DNA of 64,000 bases from an uncultured delta proteobacterium (GCA_963803435.1 CAWDML010000009.1:1024001-1088000); one strand, 5' to 3'. Positions 18,363-34,746 are shown, counted from the first letter of the stretch. Numbers and translations are program-made. Notes: a model not told the origin generated them from the sequence alone.

Positions 18363-20000
18363 TCAGTCTCTCTTGAACAGCTTCGAGAACGCTGACTTGC
18401 CCTTGTCGTCCCGCTTCGCCTTCTTGTCGGCGCGCATGTCGATGAGGCGGAGCTCGCGCTGGGCGTCGGCGTGCTTTCGGTCGAGCCGGATGGCCTCGCG
18501 GAAGTGGTGCTCCGCCTCCTTCGCGTTGCCGCGTGCCTTCAAGATCTGACCGACGATGTAGTGCGACTGGGCGTCGAGGCTCTTGGTGCCGAGCGCGTCG
18601 ACGATCAGCTCGTAGCCCTTCGCCAGCGCCTTCTCCTTGTCGAAGTCGGGATCAGAGAACATCGCCCAGGCCAGGTTCGCCTTGTACGTCCCACTGCTCG
18701 GATCGGCCTCGACTGCGAACTTGAAGAACTCGCGCGCCTTCTGGAAGTCCCTCTTCTTGAGCATGACCGCGCCCATCTTCGACTTGGTCTCGGCGTCGCG
18801 GATCAGCTCGGCCTTGCGCGCGTCGCCCTTGATCCGATCATCGGCCAACAGGGCCGAGTATTCGGCGCGACGTTTGTCGTCCGAGATCGTGTTGTACGCC
18901 TCGTTGAGGAAGGCCGAGACCTCGCGGGTCATGGTCTTCACGTCATCCGGCAGCTCGGACGGGAAGGCGTCGGGATGGAACTTCTTGGCCAGGATGGTGA
19001 AGTTCTTCCTGAGCAGCGTCGAGTCGATCGCGCTCGACACGCGCAGATCGAAGAGCTCGAAGTGGTTCTTCTTCTTCATGGAGGCGTGGAACTCCCGCAC
19101 CTCCTTCACGATCGGCAGCGGCTCGGCGCGCGAGGCGGCTCGTGCCTTGGGCGGAGCCGGCTTCGCCTCTACCTGCGGGGGTGCCGGCGATTCGTACGCC
19201 AGGCTCGAGACCGGGAGGCCGCCTTTGAGGAGCGTGGCCTTCGGGATCGGGATCGCCCGCGCGATCGGTTCGAGCTGAAGCGCGTCCTCCATCGCCAAGA
19301 GCCGTAGGATCGCGCGGACCAGCTTGCGATTGCCGACCGCGCGCTCGAGCTGATCGGGCTTCCTCGGCTTGTCGAGGTACTTGAGGACCTTGCGCGCGGT
19401 GTCGTCGAGCGCGAAGCCCTCGAGCTTCGACGTGTCTTTCGCCAGCTTCACAGCGCGGCCCAGCATCAGATCGCTGGCGGCGCGCAGCTCTCGATCGGAG
19501 GCGTGGATCAAGCCTTGTAACAGCACCGGCCACGGATCGATCGGGACGCCGATCTGGAAGATGCGTGCGTCCTTGCCCGGCGCGCTCCTCCAGGTGCCCT
19601 CCGGCAGCGCGAACAGCTCGAGCAGGCGCGCGCGCGTCTGCGTCTGCATCGCACGCTTGACCGTGGCCGGATCGAGGTTCGCCTCGTGAACCAGGACGGC
19701 GCCGAGCAACGGTCGCGGCGACTCGCTCTGCTGGCGCTGCACGGCGTTGCTCACGTGTGACTGGGCCACCTGCCCGTCGCGGAGGAGGATCTCGCCGAGA
19801 TAGTGACCCGAATAGCCCGGACCGCTCGCGTGTACCGGTCGTCCGCCGTCGAAGAAGATCGCACGATCGGGACCGTTCGAGACCAGGATGCCTCCCGTGA
19901 ACTCTCCGGAAACCGCCGCGCGGTAGAGATCCGAGAACCACCAGCTCCGGTTCTTGCCGATCTCTCCCGCGTTCGCGATGGAGAAGTCGATCAGCGTCAT
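18363..20000 (-). CDS. DUF4388-like / DnaJ J-domain / TPR protein
   Basis: LGEILL..G and LLGAVLV motifs; AKKFHPD J-domain motif; C-terminal TPR repeats. Confidence 0.88.
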   Translation of the reverse strand: MTLIDFSIANAGEIGKNRSWWFSDLYRAAVSGEFTGGILVSNGPDRAIFFDGGRPVHASGPGYSGHYLGEILLRDGQVAQSHVSNAVQRQQSESPRPLLGAVLVHEANLDPATVKRAMQTQTRARLLELFALPEGTWRSAPGKDARIFQIGVPIDPWPVLLQGLIHASDRELRAASDLMLGRAVKLAKDTSKLEGFALDDTARKVLKYLDKPRKPDQLERAVGNRKLVRAILRLLAMEDALQLEPIARAIPIPKATLLKGGLPVSSLAYESPAPPQVEAKPAPPKARAASRAEPLPIVKEVREFHASMKKKNHFELFDLRVSSAIDSTLLRKNFTILAKKFHPDAFPSELPDDVKTMTREVSAFLNEAYNTISDDKRRAEYSALLADDRIKGDARKAELIRDAETKSKMGAVMLKKRDFQKAREFFKFAVEADPSSGTYKANLAWAMFSDPDFDKEKALAKGYELIVDALGTKSLDAQSHYIVGQILKARGNAKEAEHHFREAIRLDRKHADAQRELRLIDMRADKKAKRDDKGKSAFSKLFKRD

Positions 20001-20017
20001 CCCGGGATCATCTTACA

Positions 20018-20797
20018 TCACTGCACGCAAATCCCGAGATCTGCCCCGGTGATGGGATCCACGTTGGAACGCGCGATCAAGCAGCTCTCGCCGGCACCCT
20101 GACAGGGCGTGCCCGGAACGCAGATCGGCCAGCATCGAAGCTGCTCGGCCGTGCTGCCCAGCTGTTTTGCGCAGACCATGGGACGCCCGATTTCGTCGGT
20201 CTTCTGGCACATGTTCTTCGAATCGCAGATCTCGGTGCGCGCCCGCGGGCCCGCGTCGACGCACGCAGTGAAGCTCTCGGTGCCGATCGGGTGGCAGACC
20301 TGGCCCGACGAACACGGCAAAGGGTTCGTCTGGAAGACGTCGCAGGTGGTGAAACAGACGCCCGCGCCGTTGAAGTTGCCGCACATCTGGGTCGCGGCGC
20401 AGTTCTGGATCAGCGCGTCGCACACGCCTTCGGAGCAGACACCGGTGCCGTCGGGGAGCGGCCAGCAGGTGGTGGTCGGCGGACAGACCAGGTTCAGCTC
20501 GGAGGACGCGGAGGGGGTCGCGTAGTTCACGGGCGTACACTTCGGCAGACACCGGGAGCCGCGCCCGTTGACGTCGACGCAGATGTCGTTGTCGGTCGGG
20601 CAGAGCTCGTCGCCGCCGAGGGGCGTGTCGGTGGGACAGCTCTTGAAGCGATCCACGCTGCGGGTGGCGGCGCAGCGATTCGAGGCTTCGAGGCAGACGT
20701 GCTCCGGGTCGCAGGGGCAGGGCAGATCGTCGACGTTGTCGAAGTCGAGGATGAAGCTGCAGCCCGAGAGGAGCATCAGCGGGAGGAGGCGCCACAT
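20018..20797 (-). CDS. Highly Cys-rich lipoprotein
   Basis: LLSGC lipobox; 29 Cys in 259 aa. Confidence 0.85.
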   Translation of the reverse strand: MWRLLPLMLLSGCSFILDFDNVDDLPCPCDPEHVCLEASNRCAATRSVDRFKSCPTDTPLGGDELCPTDNDICVDVNGRGSRCLPKCTPVNYATPSASSELNLVCPPTTTCWPLPDGTGVCSEGVCDALIQNCAATQMCGNFNGAGVCFTTCDVFQTNPLPCSSGQVCHPIGTESFTACVDAGPRARTEICDSKNMCQKTDEIGRPMVCAKQLGSTAEQLRCWPICVPGTPCQGAGESCLIARSNVDPITGADLGICVQ

Positions 20798-22384
20798 CTA
20801 GAACCTGCCTCCGACCGCCACGGCGCCGCCGCCGTCGATCGGCGCGATCGTCGCCCGGAGCGAACGCAGGATCCCGGCGGAGGGCTCGGCGTCCGGCGGG
20901 TTGTCCGCGCGCAGAACGTCGGCGGCGGTCGGCCGCTTGTACAGCTCGATCAGGAGGATCGTGGCGCCACCGATGGCGAAGAGCCCGCCGCCCAGATAGC
21001 TCAGATCCGCAGCCAGCGACCAGGTCTGGCCGGTGTTGCGCAGCGACGGCAGGTCGGGGCTCGCCTGCTGCGTCAGGCGGAAGTCGTCGTAGGTCGCCTT
21101 GGCGAGGCCGCCGAACACGGCGCCCAGGATGACGCCGGCGGCGCCCACGCCCACCAGCGTCCATCCGAGATACACGGTCGCCGGGGTGCCCTGATCGCGG
21201 GCCGGCGGCGGCGGGTTCGTCACGCTCACCGGGGGCGGCAGATTCCCACCCGAGCCGGATCCCGAGCCGCCCAGGCCGAACGCACCGCCGCTTCCGCCGG
21301 GCGGCGGCGGCGCACCGGTCGCGGGCTTGCCGGTCTCGGCCGCCTTCAAAAGCCGCGACATCAGGTCATCGAGGCCCTTGCCGAACACTGGCGAGTCGAT
21401 CGAGAGGACGGCCCGCTCCGTCGCGACCCGTACGCCGGTGGCCGCGTCGAAGACCGCGCCGGTGAAGGTGGCGTCCGATCCGCTCTGGGTCACCGACACG
21501 AATACCAGGGTGTCGGCCACCAGCTCGCGCACCAGCTGGCGCAGCGCGCCACCCATACCGTCAGCCAGCACTTCCTCCGCGCACCGCGCCGTCAGATCGC
21601 GGAGCTCGGCGCCGCGCTTGATGCTGGAGAGGCGGGTCTGGCTGGTGATCTGCTGGTTGGCCGAGATCTCGAGCGGCGCGCCGTGCACCGTGTAGCCGAC
21701 CTTCTCGATCCGGAGGTAGTGCGTGCCCGCGACCAGATCGGTCAGCGTCACCGGAGTGACGCCCTCGAAGCGACCGTCGAGGTAGACGGCCGCGTAGGGC
21801 GGGGTGGAGTAGATCTCCACGCTCCCCGACGCGAGCTTCTCGATCTTCTGGGTGGCGCGGTCGTACACCGTCGCCACCGTGGGAGGGAATCCTTCGAGCG
21901 GATGGGTCGGATCGATCGTCAGCAGCTCGATGAACGTGCTCTCGCCCTCGTCCGGGCTGCCGCGCAGGACCAGCGCGGAGCCGAGGTAGGCGAGCGCCGT
22001 CTTCAGCTCCTCGAGATCGCCGACGAGCGGCCCGGTCTGCTGATAGAGGCTCACCGATTGGCCGAGCCGTGCGATCGATTGATCGAGCGACATGGCGTCG
22101 TAGGTCCGGCGCCCGTCGGCCAGGGCGGCGCGGGCCCGCTCGAGGGTCTCCTCCTCGCGGGTGCGCGGATCACCGGACAAGACCCGGGCCGGCTCGATCA
22201 GGCGCAGCTTCTCCGCGCCTCTCACACGCGCGAGCAGAAGGGCGTCGGCGGTCGCGGCCGCGCGTTGGCCGGAAGGATCGCGCGCCACCGCAAACGCTGC
22301 GGTCGCCTGGATCTCCTGGGATGCCTGAGCGGAACGCGCACTCGCGATCATCACGGCGATCAAGACCGCCTCCCGATGATGCAT
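20798..22384 (-). CDS. Exported TPR-like/PEGA-domain protein
   Basis: Start at ATG 22384; STPPYAAVYLDGRFEGVTP...GTHYLRIEKVGY PEGA motif; hydrophobic C-terminus ending VGGRF. Confidence 0.85.
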   Translation of the reverse strand: MHHREAVLIAVMIASARSAQASQEIQATAAFAVARDPSGQRAAATADALLLARVRGAEKLRLIEPARVLSGDPRTREEETLERARAALADGRRTYDAMSLDQSIARLGQSVSLYQQTGPLVGDLEELKTALAYLGSALVLRGSPDEGESTFIELLTIDPTHPLEGFPPTVATVYDRATQKIEKLASGSVEIYSTPPYAAVYLDGRFEGVTPVTLTDLVAGTHYLRIEKVGYTVHGAPLEISANQQITSQTRLSSIKRGAELRDLTARCAEEVLADGMGGALRQLVRELVADTLVFVSVTQSGSDATFTGAVFDAATGVRVATERAVLSIDSPVFGKGLDDLMSRLLKAAETGKPATGAPPPPGGSGGAFGLGGSGSGSGGNLPPPVSVTNPPPPARDQGTPATVYLGWTLVGVGAAGVILGAVFGGLAKATYDDFRLTQQASPDLPSLRNTGQTWSLAADLSYLGGGLFAIGGATILLIELYKRPTAADVLRADNPPDAEPSAGILRSLRATIAPIDGGGAVAVGGRF

Positions 22385-22435
22385 CCGGGGGAGGCTATCA
22401 TTCGCCGGCGGCCCGTTGCTACCATCAGATCCGCC

Positions 22436-23209
22436 GTGCGCTTCCTTTTGGGCCTCTCTGCAGTGTTTCTGGTCACCGGAAGCACGCCCGCGTTCGCGCG
22501 GCCCCTGACCATGCGGGGCGCGGAGCGCGCGATCGATCTGGGCCTCGACGCTGAGCTGGCCGGCGATGCCGCGGGCGCCGAACGCGCGCTCCTCGAGGTG
22601 ATCGGCACCGCCACCACGGCCGAGGAGCTGGCGCCCAAGGAGCGGATCGAAGCGTTCATGCGGTCGATGAAGACGCGGCAGCAGGCGTTCTCGCAGCATG
22701 GGAAGACCGCTCGGGCGTACGCCGCCGCGTTCGACACCATGCGCCCCTTCGGGCTGGAGCGCGCCGAGCGCCTCTGGTCGAAGGCCGCCGCGGATCTCCC
22801 TCTGCTCGGCGAGCTGGGCGCTCCGAAGGTCGCGGTCCGGCTGGAGCTGGTGAAGGGTGTGGATCAGAAGGCCGCTGCGCGGCAGCTCGAGCGGACCATG
22901 AGGAAGTATGGGATCACGCTCGCCGAGGAGAAGAGCGCGCGCTTCCTGGTGCGCGTCAACCTCGACGCCACCGGTGTGAAGCGCGATCTGCGGGGGGTCG
23001 AGGTCTTCGCCGAGGCCACCGCGGTGGTGAGCGATCGGACCCAGCCGAAGCGCGCGGCCGGGACGTTGTCGAAGCTCCGCTCGGAGCGCCGCCGGCAGGA
23101 GACCGACGCGCGGCGCTTCGCCCTGTACCGCGTGCTGGAGGACGTGGGTCGACGCGTGGTCTTCACCGTGCGTGCGCGGCTCCTCGAGGACGCGGAGCCG
23201 CCTACATGA
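22436..23209 (+). CDS. Hypothetical exported protein
   Basis: GTG start, signal peptide ending AFA; coding-like 3' part of the 20291-23209 ORF. Confidence 0.7.
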   Translation: MRFLLGLSAVFLVTGSTPAFARPLTMRGAERAIDLGLDAELAGDAAGAERALLEVIGTATTAEELAPKERIEAFMRSMKTRQQAFSQHGKTARAYAAAFDTMRPFGLERAERLWSKAAADLPLLGELGAPKVAVRLELVKGVDQKAAARQLERTMRKYGITLAEEKSARFLVRVNLDATGVKRDLRGVEVFAEATAVVSDRTQPKRAAGTLSKLRSERRRQETDARRFALYRVLEDVGRRVVFTVRARLLEDAEPPT

Positions 23210-23265
23210 TCCGACACTTCCCGCTGCTTTGACAGCTGCCTTGAAGTGCGCTCCTTTGATGAGAG

Positions 23266-25215
<1,950 letters not shown>

Positions 25216-25219
<4 letters not shown>

Positions 25220-26181
25220 GCCACGACGCCCAAGCGATGCTCCTGGCGGCGGGTCTCGGCACGCGGCTCTGGCCGTTGACCGCCGATCGCGCCAAACCGG
25301 CCGTCCCGTTCATGGGTCGCCCGCTGATCGCTGGGATCGTCGATCTACTGGCGGCGCACGGCTTCTCGCGCGCGGTGGTCAACACGCATCACCGCCCCGA
25401 GTCGATCCACGAGGCGCTCGCGGGCGCACCGATCGAGATCGCGTTCAGCCACGAGACCGAGATCCTCGGCACCGCGGGTTGCCTCGAGCGGGCGGTGCAC
25501 GACGGCCTGCTCGATCGCGAACGGCCGACGCTGATCGTCAACGCGAAGCTTTACACGGACATCGACCTGACCGCAGTGCTCGCGTCGCATGGCGCGTCGG
25601 GCGCCGCCGTGACCATGGTGTTGAAGCCGAACGCCGAGCGCGAGGCCTTCCGGGAGGTCCGGGTCGAGGGCTCGAAGGTGATCGGGTTCGGTCACACTCG
25701 GGTCCCGGAGGGCCCGGCGCCGCTCCTGTTCACCGGGATCCACGTGCTCGCGCCGGAGGTGATGGCCGCGATCCCGCCCGGCTTCTCGGACACGGTCTCC
25801 GACGTCTATCCGCCGTTCATCGCCGAGCGACGCGTGGCGGCCCACGTGGACATCGCCGGGCGCTGGTGGGAGTTCTCGACGCTGGACCGCTACCTCGAGC
25901 TGCACGCCCGGGCGGCGGCGGAGGGGTTGGGGCCGGCGGTCGTGCGCTCGCGCGGCGCCGTGGTGGCGCCGGACGCCGACGTCGACCGGGCGGTCCTGTG
26001 GGAAGACGCGCGGGTCGAGGCCGGGGCCACCGTCCGGGATTCGGTGATCGGCCGGGGCGTGACCGTCGGGGCAGGGGAGCACGTGGAGGGCGTGGCCGTC
26101 GTCGAGGCGGACGGCGCACGCTGGGTCGTCCCCATCCGAGAAAGGACCGAGAGACAACACAAAGATTCGTCGCCGTCTTGA
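25216..26181 (+). CDS. Sugar-phosphate nucleotidyltransferase (NDP-sugar synthase family)
   Basis: AMLLAAGLGTRLWPLT..RAKP, EILGTAG; C-terminal beta-helix-like repeats. Confidence 0.9.
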
Positions 26182-26221
26182 CTTGGATCTTGGCCGACGA
26201 AACGATGCTCGGGCGCGCGCG

Positions 26222-26987
26222 ATGAAGCTTCGATACGCAGGCCTGACGCACGTGGGCATGAAGCGAACCCACAATGAGGACAACCTGGCCTTGTTGCCCG
26301 AGGAGAGCCTGTACATCGTCGCAGACGGCATGGGGGGCCACGCGTCGGGCGAGGTCGCCAGCCAGATGGCGGTCGAGACCATCACCAGCTTCTTTCGCAT
26401 GACCACCCGCGACGAGGAGGTCACCTGGCCGTTCAAGGAGGAGAAGAACCTCCGCTACGACGAGAACCGCCTGGTCGCCGCGATCAAGTTCTCCAACCAG
26501 CGCATCTACGAGGCGGCGGCCCGCGAGGCTCGCTTCAAGGGGATGGGCACCACCATCGTCACCGCGTTCTTCACGCAGGGCGGCGCTTACCTCGGCCACG
26601 TCGGGGACTCGCGCGGCTATCGCATCCGCGACAGCGACATCGAGCAAATCACCGACGACCACTCGCTCCTCAACGACTACATCAAGGCCAACAAGCTTAC
26701 GCCCGAGGAGATCGAGAACTTCCCGCACAAGAACGTGATCGTCCGGGCGCTCGGCATGAAGGATACCGTCCAGGTCGACGTGAACCGCCTCGACCCGAAG
26801 GTCGGCGACTACTACCTCCTCTGCTCCGACGGCCTCTCGGGCATGATCTCCGACGAAGAGATCCGCGATCTCCACGATCGAGTCCGGCGATCTCGAGACG
26901 GCCTGCGAGAGCCTGGTGAACGCGGCCAACTCCGCCGGCGGCACCGACAACATCACCGTGACCATCGTCCAGTTCATGGGCGATTGA
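26222..26987 (+). CDS. PP2C-type Ser/Thr phosphatase, Pph1-like (frameshift near 26870)
   Basis: THVGMKR.HNED, VADGMGGH, GMGTT, HVGDSR, LCSDGL; the final GGTDNIT motif is in a shifted frame. Confidence 0.92.
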
Positions 26988-26992
26988 AGCCG

Positions 26993-27637
26993 GTGGCCAA
27001 GAGGGAGGACGATCGCGGCGAAGAGCTCGTCCGGCGCTTCCGGAGAGGAGACGAGACCGCCTTCAACGAGATCTTCCGCACGTACCGCAGCCTGGTCTAC
27101 GGGGTGCTCCATCACCTGATGCCCCACGATCCGGAGCTGGAGGACGTGGTGCAGCAAGCGTTCATCGAGGTCTTTCGCTCGCTCGACAGCTTCGAGGGCC
27201 GCTCGAAGCTCAGCTCGTGGATCGCGCGCGTCGCGCTGCACGTCGGCTACCACCACCTCCGGCGGAAGAAGAGCCGCCCGCACGACTACGATGCCGAGCG
27301 GTCGCTCCCCGAGGTCATGGATCCCTCGCCGCGCGGCGATCCCGAAGCGGCTGCCGAGCGGAACGAGGCCATCCTTCGGGTCCACGCCATCCTCGAGACC
27401 CTCCCCGAGAAGAAGCGCACCGTGTTCATCCTCAACGACCTCCAGGGTATGGCGCAGGAAGAGGTCGCGGAGGTCGTCGGCACCAACATCGCAACGGTGA
27501 GGACGCGGTTGTTTTACGCGCGCCGTGAGTTCTGGAAGAAGGCCGAGCAGGATCCCGTGCTGGCCCGCATCCTCGACGCCGGCGGCGGCGGGGTGCTCGC
27601 GCTCCAGAAGGATCTCGGCGAAGGTGGCAAAAAGTGA
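26993..27637 (+). CDS. ECF RNA polymerase sigma factor
   Basis: LEDVVQQAFIEVFRSL..FEGRSKLSSW; TVRTRLFYARRE. Confidence 0.92.
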   Translation: MAKREDDRGEELVRRFRRGDETAFNEIFRTYRSLVYGVLHHLMPHDPELEDVVQQAFIEVFRSLDSFEGRSKLSSWIARVALHVGYHHLRRKKSRPHDYDAERSLPEVMDPSPRGDPEAAAERNEAILRVHAILETLPEKKRTVFILNDLQGMAQEEVAEVVGTNIATVRTRLFYARREFWKKAEQDPVLARILDAGGGGVLALQKDLGEGGKK

Positions 27638-28650
27638 GGGTCCTCGTGCTCGCCATCTCGGTGCTCGCGTTCCTCGCCCTGGGCACGCTCTCGTACGGGT
27701 GGTACGGCGTGAGCGGCTATCTCGGCTCACCCGCGCTCGGCCCCGGCGATCCCAAGGTCATCGAGATCCCGGACGGCGCCGATCTCTCGACGGCCGTCGG
27801 CGTGCTCCGAACGCAGGGGCTCCTGCCCGACAGTCGCTGGCTCGATCTCTACGTGGACCATCTGCACGAGCCGAAGCCCATCCCGCCCGGGGAGTACGCG
27901 GTGTCGCCCACGATGACGCCCGTCCAGCAGATCCAGCTCCTCGAGAGCGGGAACGTGGTCACCTACACGATTGCCGTGGAGCCCGGTGCGTCGGCCGACG
28001 AGATTGCCGAGGTCCTGGTGGGGAAGCGGCTCGCCGATCACAAGGAGCTCGACTCCCTCCTCTACGATCCCGTGTACGCGCGGTCGCTCGGGATCGACGG
28101 ACCCAGCCTGGAAGGCTTTCTCTATCCCGACATCTACGATCTGCCTCGGCGCCTCTCCGGGCGCGAGCTGCTGGAGCGGTTCGTCCGCCGCTTCGAGAAC
28201 GCCACCAAGGAGGTCGACTTCGCCAAGATGCGGGAGCGCGGCTACTCGCGCTATCAGGTCGTGATCATCGCGTCCCTGGTCGAGAAGGCCGACGTCAAAC
28301 CGGAGGAGCGACGCTTCTTCGCGGCGCTGCTCTACGATCGCCTCAAGGACAACATCGCGCTCTCCAGCAAGCCCGCCAACGCCTACGGCAAGGCCCGGAC
28401 CGCAGAGGGCAGCCCGAACCCGTGGGACACCACCGATCGCGCCGGGCTTCCGGCGACGCCGATCGCCAGCCCGAGCCTCGACGCGCTCCGGGCCGCCGCC
28501 AACCCGGCCCCGCAGCACATCCTCTACACCGCGCCGCGCGACGACGGCACGCACGTGTTCTGCCCCGACGTCGACTGCTACCTGGAGGCCTTCAAGAAGT
28601 GGAAGGGACGCTACCCGCGAGGACTGCCACGGCGCTTCCCCAGAAGGTAG
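27634..28650 (+). CDS. MltG/YceG-like protein, divergent active site
   Basis: N-terminal TM; LEGFLYPD, IASLVEK, GLPATPIASP motifs. Confidence 0.85.
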   Translation: MRVLVLAISVLAFLALGTLSYGWYGVSGYLGSPALGPGDPKVIEIPDGADLSTAVGVLRTQGLLPDSRWLDLYVDHLHEPKPIPPGEYAVSPTMTPVQQIQLLESGNVVTYTIAVEPGASADEIAEVLVGKRLADHKELDSLLYDPVYARSLGIDGPSLEGFLYPDIYDLPRRLSGRELLERFVRRFENATKEVDFAKMRERGYSRYQVVIIASLVEKADVKPEERRFFAALLYDRLKDNIALSSKPANAYGKARTAEGSPNPWDTTDRAGLPATPIASPSLDALRAAANPAPQHILYTAPRDDGTHVFCPDVDCYLEAFKKWKGRYPRGLPRRFPRR

Positions 28651-29474
28651 GGGCGGTCTCGATCCGCGGCCTGACGAAGCGCTTCCGCCCCCGGCGCCGC
28701 GGCAAGGAGCTCCTCACCTTCTGGCGAAAGAAGGCGCCTACCGCGGCGCTCGACGGGATCGATCTCGACGTCGATCGCGGCGAGCTGGTCGCGGTCCTCG
28801 GTCCGAACGGGGCGGGCAAGACCACGATGCTCAAGATCCTGGCGACGCTGGTGCGGCCGACCTCCGGGCAGGCGGTCGTGGACGGCATCGACGTCGCGCG
28901 GTACCCCGACGCGGCGCGCGCCCGGCTCGGCTACGTCCTCACGGAGGAGCGGAGCTTCTTCTGGCGCCTCTCGTGTCGCGACAACCTCCGCTTCTTCTGC
29001 GCGCTCCAGGGCCTCTTCGGGCGCGCCGCCCGGCGCCGGATCGAGGCCTTGGCCGCGATGCTCGGCCTGACCGCCGAGCTCGATCGGGACTTCATGGATC
29101 TGTCGGCGGGGCAAAAGCAGCGCGTCGCCATCGCGCGGGGCCTCATCTCCGATCCGCCGGTCCTCCTCTTCGACGAGGCCACCCGCTCCCTGGATCCCGG
29201 CCGCGCCGAGCGCGTCCGCCGCGTGATCCGCGAGGTCCTCGTCGAGAAGGAGCACAAGGCCGTCCTCTTCGCGACACACGATCTCGACGAGGCGAGGGCG
29301 CTCTCCGACCGCACCGTGGTGATGAAGGAGGGCCGGATCGCCTGCCAGGGCCGCTTCGCCGACGTCGAGGCCGAAGCGCTCGAGATCTTCCGGCGCGAGG
29401 CACGGAGCGAAGACGCCGACTTCTACCGGCTGTTCGATCCCGACGCACCGCCGACAGCGAGCAGGGACGCGTGA
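28599..29474 (+). CDS. ABC transporter ATP-binding protein
   Basis: GPNGAGKTT, LSAGQKQR, LLFDEAT, ATH; probable GTG start at 28599 after GGAGG. Confidence 0.9.
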   Translation: MEGTLPARTATALPQKVGAVSIRGLTKRFRPRRRGKELLTFWRKKAPTAALDGIDLDVDRGELVAVLGPNGAGKTTMLKILATLVRPTSGQAVVDGIDVARYPDAARARLGYVLTEERSFFWRLSCRDNLRFFCALQGLFGRAARRRIEALAAMLGLTAELDRDFMDLSAGQKQRVAIARGLISDPPVLLFDEATRSLDPGRAERVRRVIREVLVEKEHKAVLFATHDLDEARALSDRTVVMKEGRIACQGRFADVEAEALEIFRREARSEDADFYRLFDPDAPPTASRDA

Positions 29475-30289
29475 AGCTCCTCCTCCTCTTCTACGAGTTC
29501 CTCCGCCGCGACGCGAAGATCGCGATGAGCTATCGCTTCCAGTTCTTCGTCCAGGTCGCCGGCGTCCTCTCCATCTGCTTCACGTTCTTCTTCCTGGCGT
29601 TGATGCTCGCCAAGGTCGAGCACGGCATCGGCGCCCTGCAGAAGTATGGGGGCGGCTACTTCGGCTTCGTCCTGGTCGGCATCGCCTTCTCCACGTACCT
29701 CGACGCGGCGCTGCGCACGTTTGGGCTGGCGATCCGGCAGGCCCAGATGACCGGAACCCTCGAGGCCATGCTCACCACCCGCACGCGGATCGGGCCGCTG
29801 ATCGCCGGCTCGGCGGTCTACACGCTGCTGTTCACCACGGTCCGCTCGGGCCTCTTCATCGTCTTCGGCGCGCTGATTTTCCGCGTGCCGGTCCATCTCG
29901 AGACCTGGCCCGGCGCCGTCGCCATCCTCGGCCTCACGATCACCTCGACGCTGGCGCTGGGCATCTTCGCCGCCGGCTTCATCGTGCTCTTCAAGCAGGG
30001 CGATCCGGTCACGGCCGCGATCGCGGGGCTCTCGTGGCTCCTCTCCGGCATCCTCTATCCGAAGGAGATCCTGCCCGCCTGGGTGCAACGGATCGCCGAG
30101 TTCCTGCCGATGACGCACACGCTGGAGTCGATGCGCCTGGTGCTCCTCACGGGCGCCGAGCCCGCACAGCTGTCACGGTCGATCGCGTATCTCGCCCTCT
30201 TCTCCGTGGTGGGTATCCCCCTTGCGCTGCTCTGGTTCGGCTATGCGGTGGGGCGCGCACGGATCGCCGGAAGCCTGGCCAAGTATTGA
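29471..30289 (+). CDS. ABC-2 type permease
   Basis: Multiple TM helices; GTLEAML, SGILYP..LPAWVQ..AEFLPMTH. Confidence 0.9.
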   Translation: MKLLLLFYEFLRRDAKIAMSYRFQFFVQVAGVLSICFTFFFLALMLAKVEHGIGALQKYGGGYFGFVLVGIAFSTYLDAALRTFGLAIRQAQMTGTLEAMLTTRTRIGPLIAGSAVYTLLFTTVRSGLFIVFGALIFRVPVHLETWPGAVAILGLTITSTLALGIFAAGFIVLFKQGDPVTAAIAGLSWLLSGILYPKEILPAWVQRIAEFLPMTHTLESMRLVLLTGAEPAQLSRSIAYLALFSVVGIPLALLWFGYAVGRARIAGSLAKY

Positions 30290-30320
30290 GCGAATCTAGG
30301 GGCCGGGGTAGCGTCCCTTC

Positions 30321-32378
<2,058 letters not shown>

Positions 32379-32490
32379 CGACCCCTGCCAAGGGGACAGA
32401 TCCTCCCTAGAACGTGGCTGAGCCTTCGGACCCTGTGGGCGGCGCCACGCCGCCCGGTACTGCGCCGCGCCGATCCCCGGCTCGAGCACG

Positions 32491-34137
<1,647 letters not shown>

Positions 34138-34152
34138 ACCATTCGACGCGCA

Positions 34153-34184
34153 TACCCTATTGACGCAGTGCGTCCCATTGGGTA
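34153..34184. promoter_or_regulatory. Palindromic operator-like site
   Basis: TACCC-TATT-GACGCA-G-TGCGTC-CCATT-GGGTA; overlaps a TTGACG -35-like hexamer. Confidence 0.45.
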
Positions 34185-34260
34185 GCGGGGAAGAAGAAGT
34201 GACGGTCCAACGTAGCCCGTGGTACGCTGCTGTGGCTCAACCGCGGAAGATTGAGGTCAG

Positions 34261-34746
34261 ATGAAACCCGGCAACATCAAGACGGACGTGGGGCATGCGC
34301 CCCTCGTCGACCGTGCTCGGCAAGTCGAAGAGGCCCCGAAGGTCGAACCGAGGGTGGAGCTCGAAGTCCCACTCGACGGTCGGAGTCAGCTCCCCGAATC
34401 TCCGAGCTCGCGCGCGGACAGCTCGGGGGAGAGCGCCCTCGTCCAGGCGCACATTCGGGCCCGCCAAGACGAGACCCGCAAGGGCAAGCGACAGAAGTTC
34501 CTCAAGGTTGCCGAGGCCAAGACACTCGCGAAAGCAGCGAAGGCTGCGTTCAAGGCGCTGGCAGATCTTCTGACGAGAGCCGCCACCATTCTCGGCAGGC
34601 TGCGGAAGAAGTTGCTCGATGATGACGAGGACGAGGGCGAGCAGCAGCGACGGCGCCGTCATCATGAAGAGGCGATCGAGGACGTCCAGGACGCCAAGAT
34701 CGAGCCGAGCGAAGTTCCCAGAGGTCTCAAGCCGCTCACCACCTGA
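34261..34746 (+). CDS. Hypothetical protein
   Basis: SD GAGG; low-complexity N-terminus, basic helix, acidic/basic tail. Confidence 0.65.
   Translation: MKPGNIKTDVGHAPLVDRARQVEEAPKVEPRVELEVPLDGRSQLPESPSSRADSSGESALVQAHIRARQDETRKGKRQKFLKVAEAKTLAKAAKAAFKALADLLTRAATILGRLRKKLLDDDEDEGEQQRRRRHHEEAIEDVQDAKIEPSEVPRGLKPLTT

Noticed and set aside
26183-27637. Apparent 484-aa PP2C-ECF sigma fusion
   Set aside because: The last PP2C motif (GGTDNIT) and its own stop at 26985-26987 lie in another frame. An indel near 26870 creates the fusion.
27525-28598. Long N-terminal extension on the ABC ATPase
   Set aside because: It is an Arg/Pro-rich shadow frame over the MltG-like gene.
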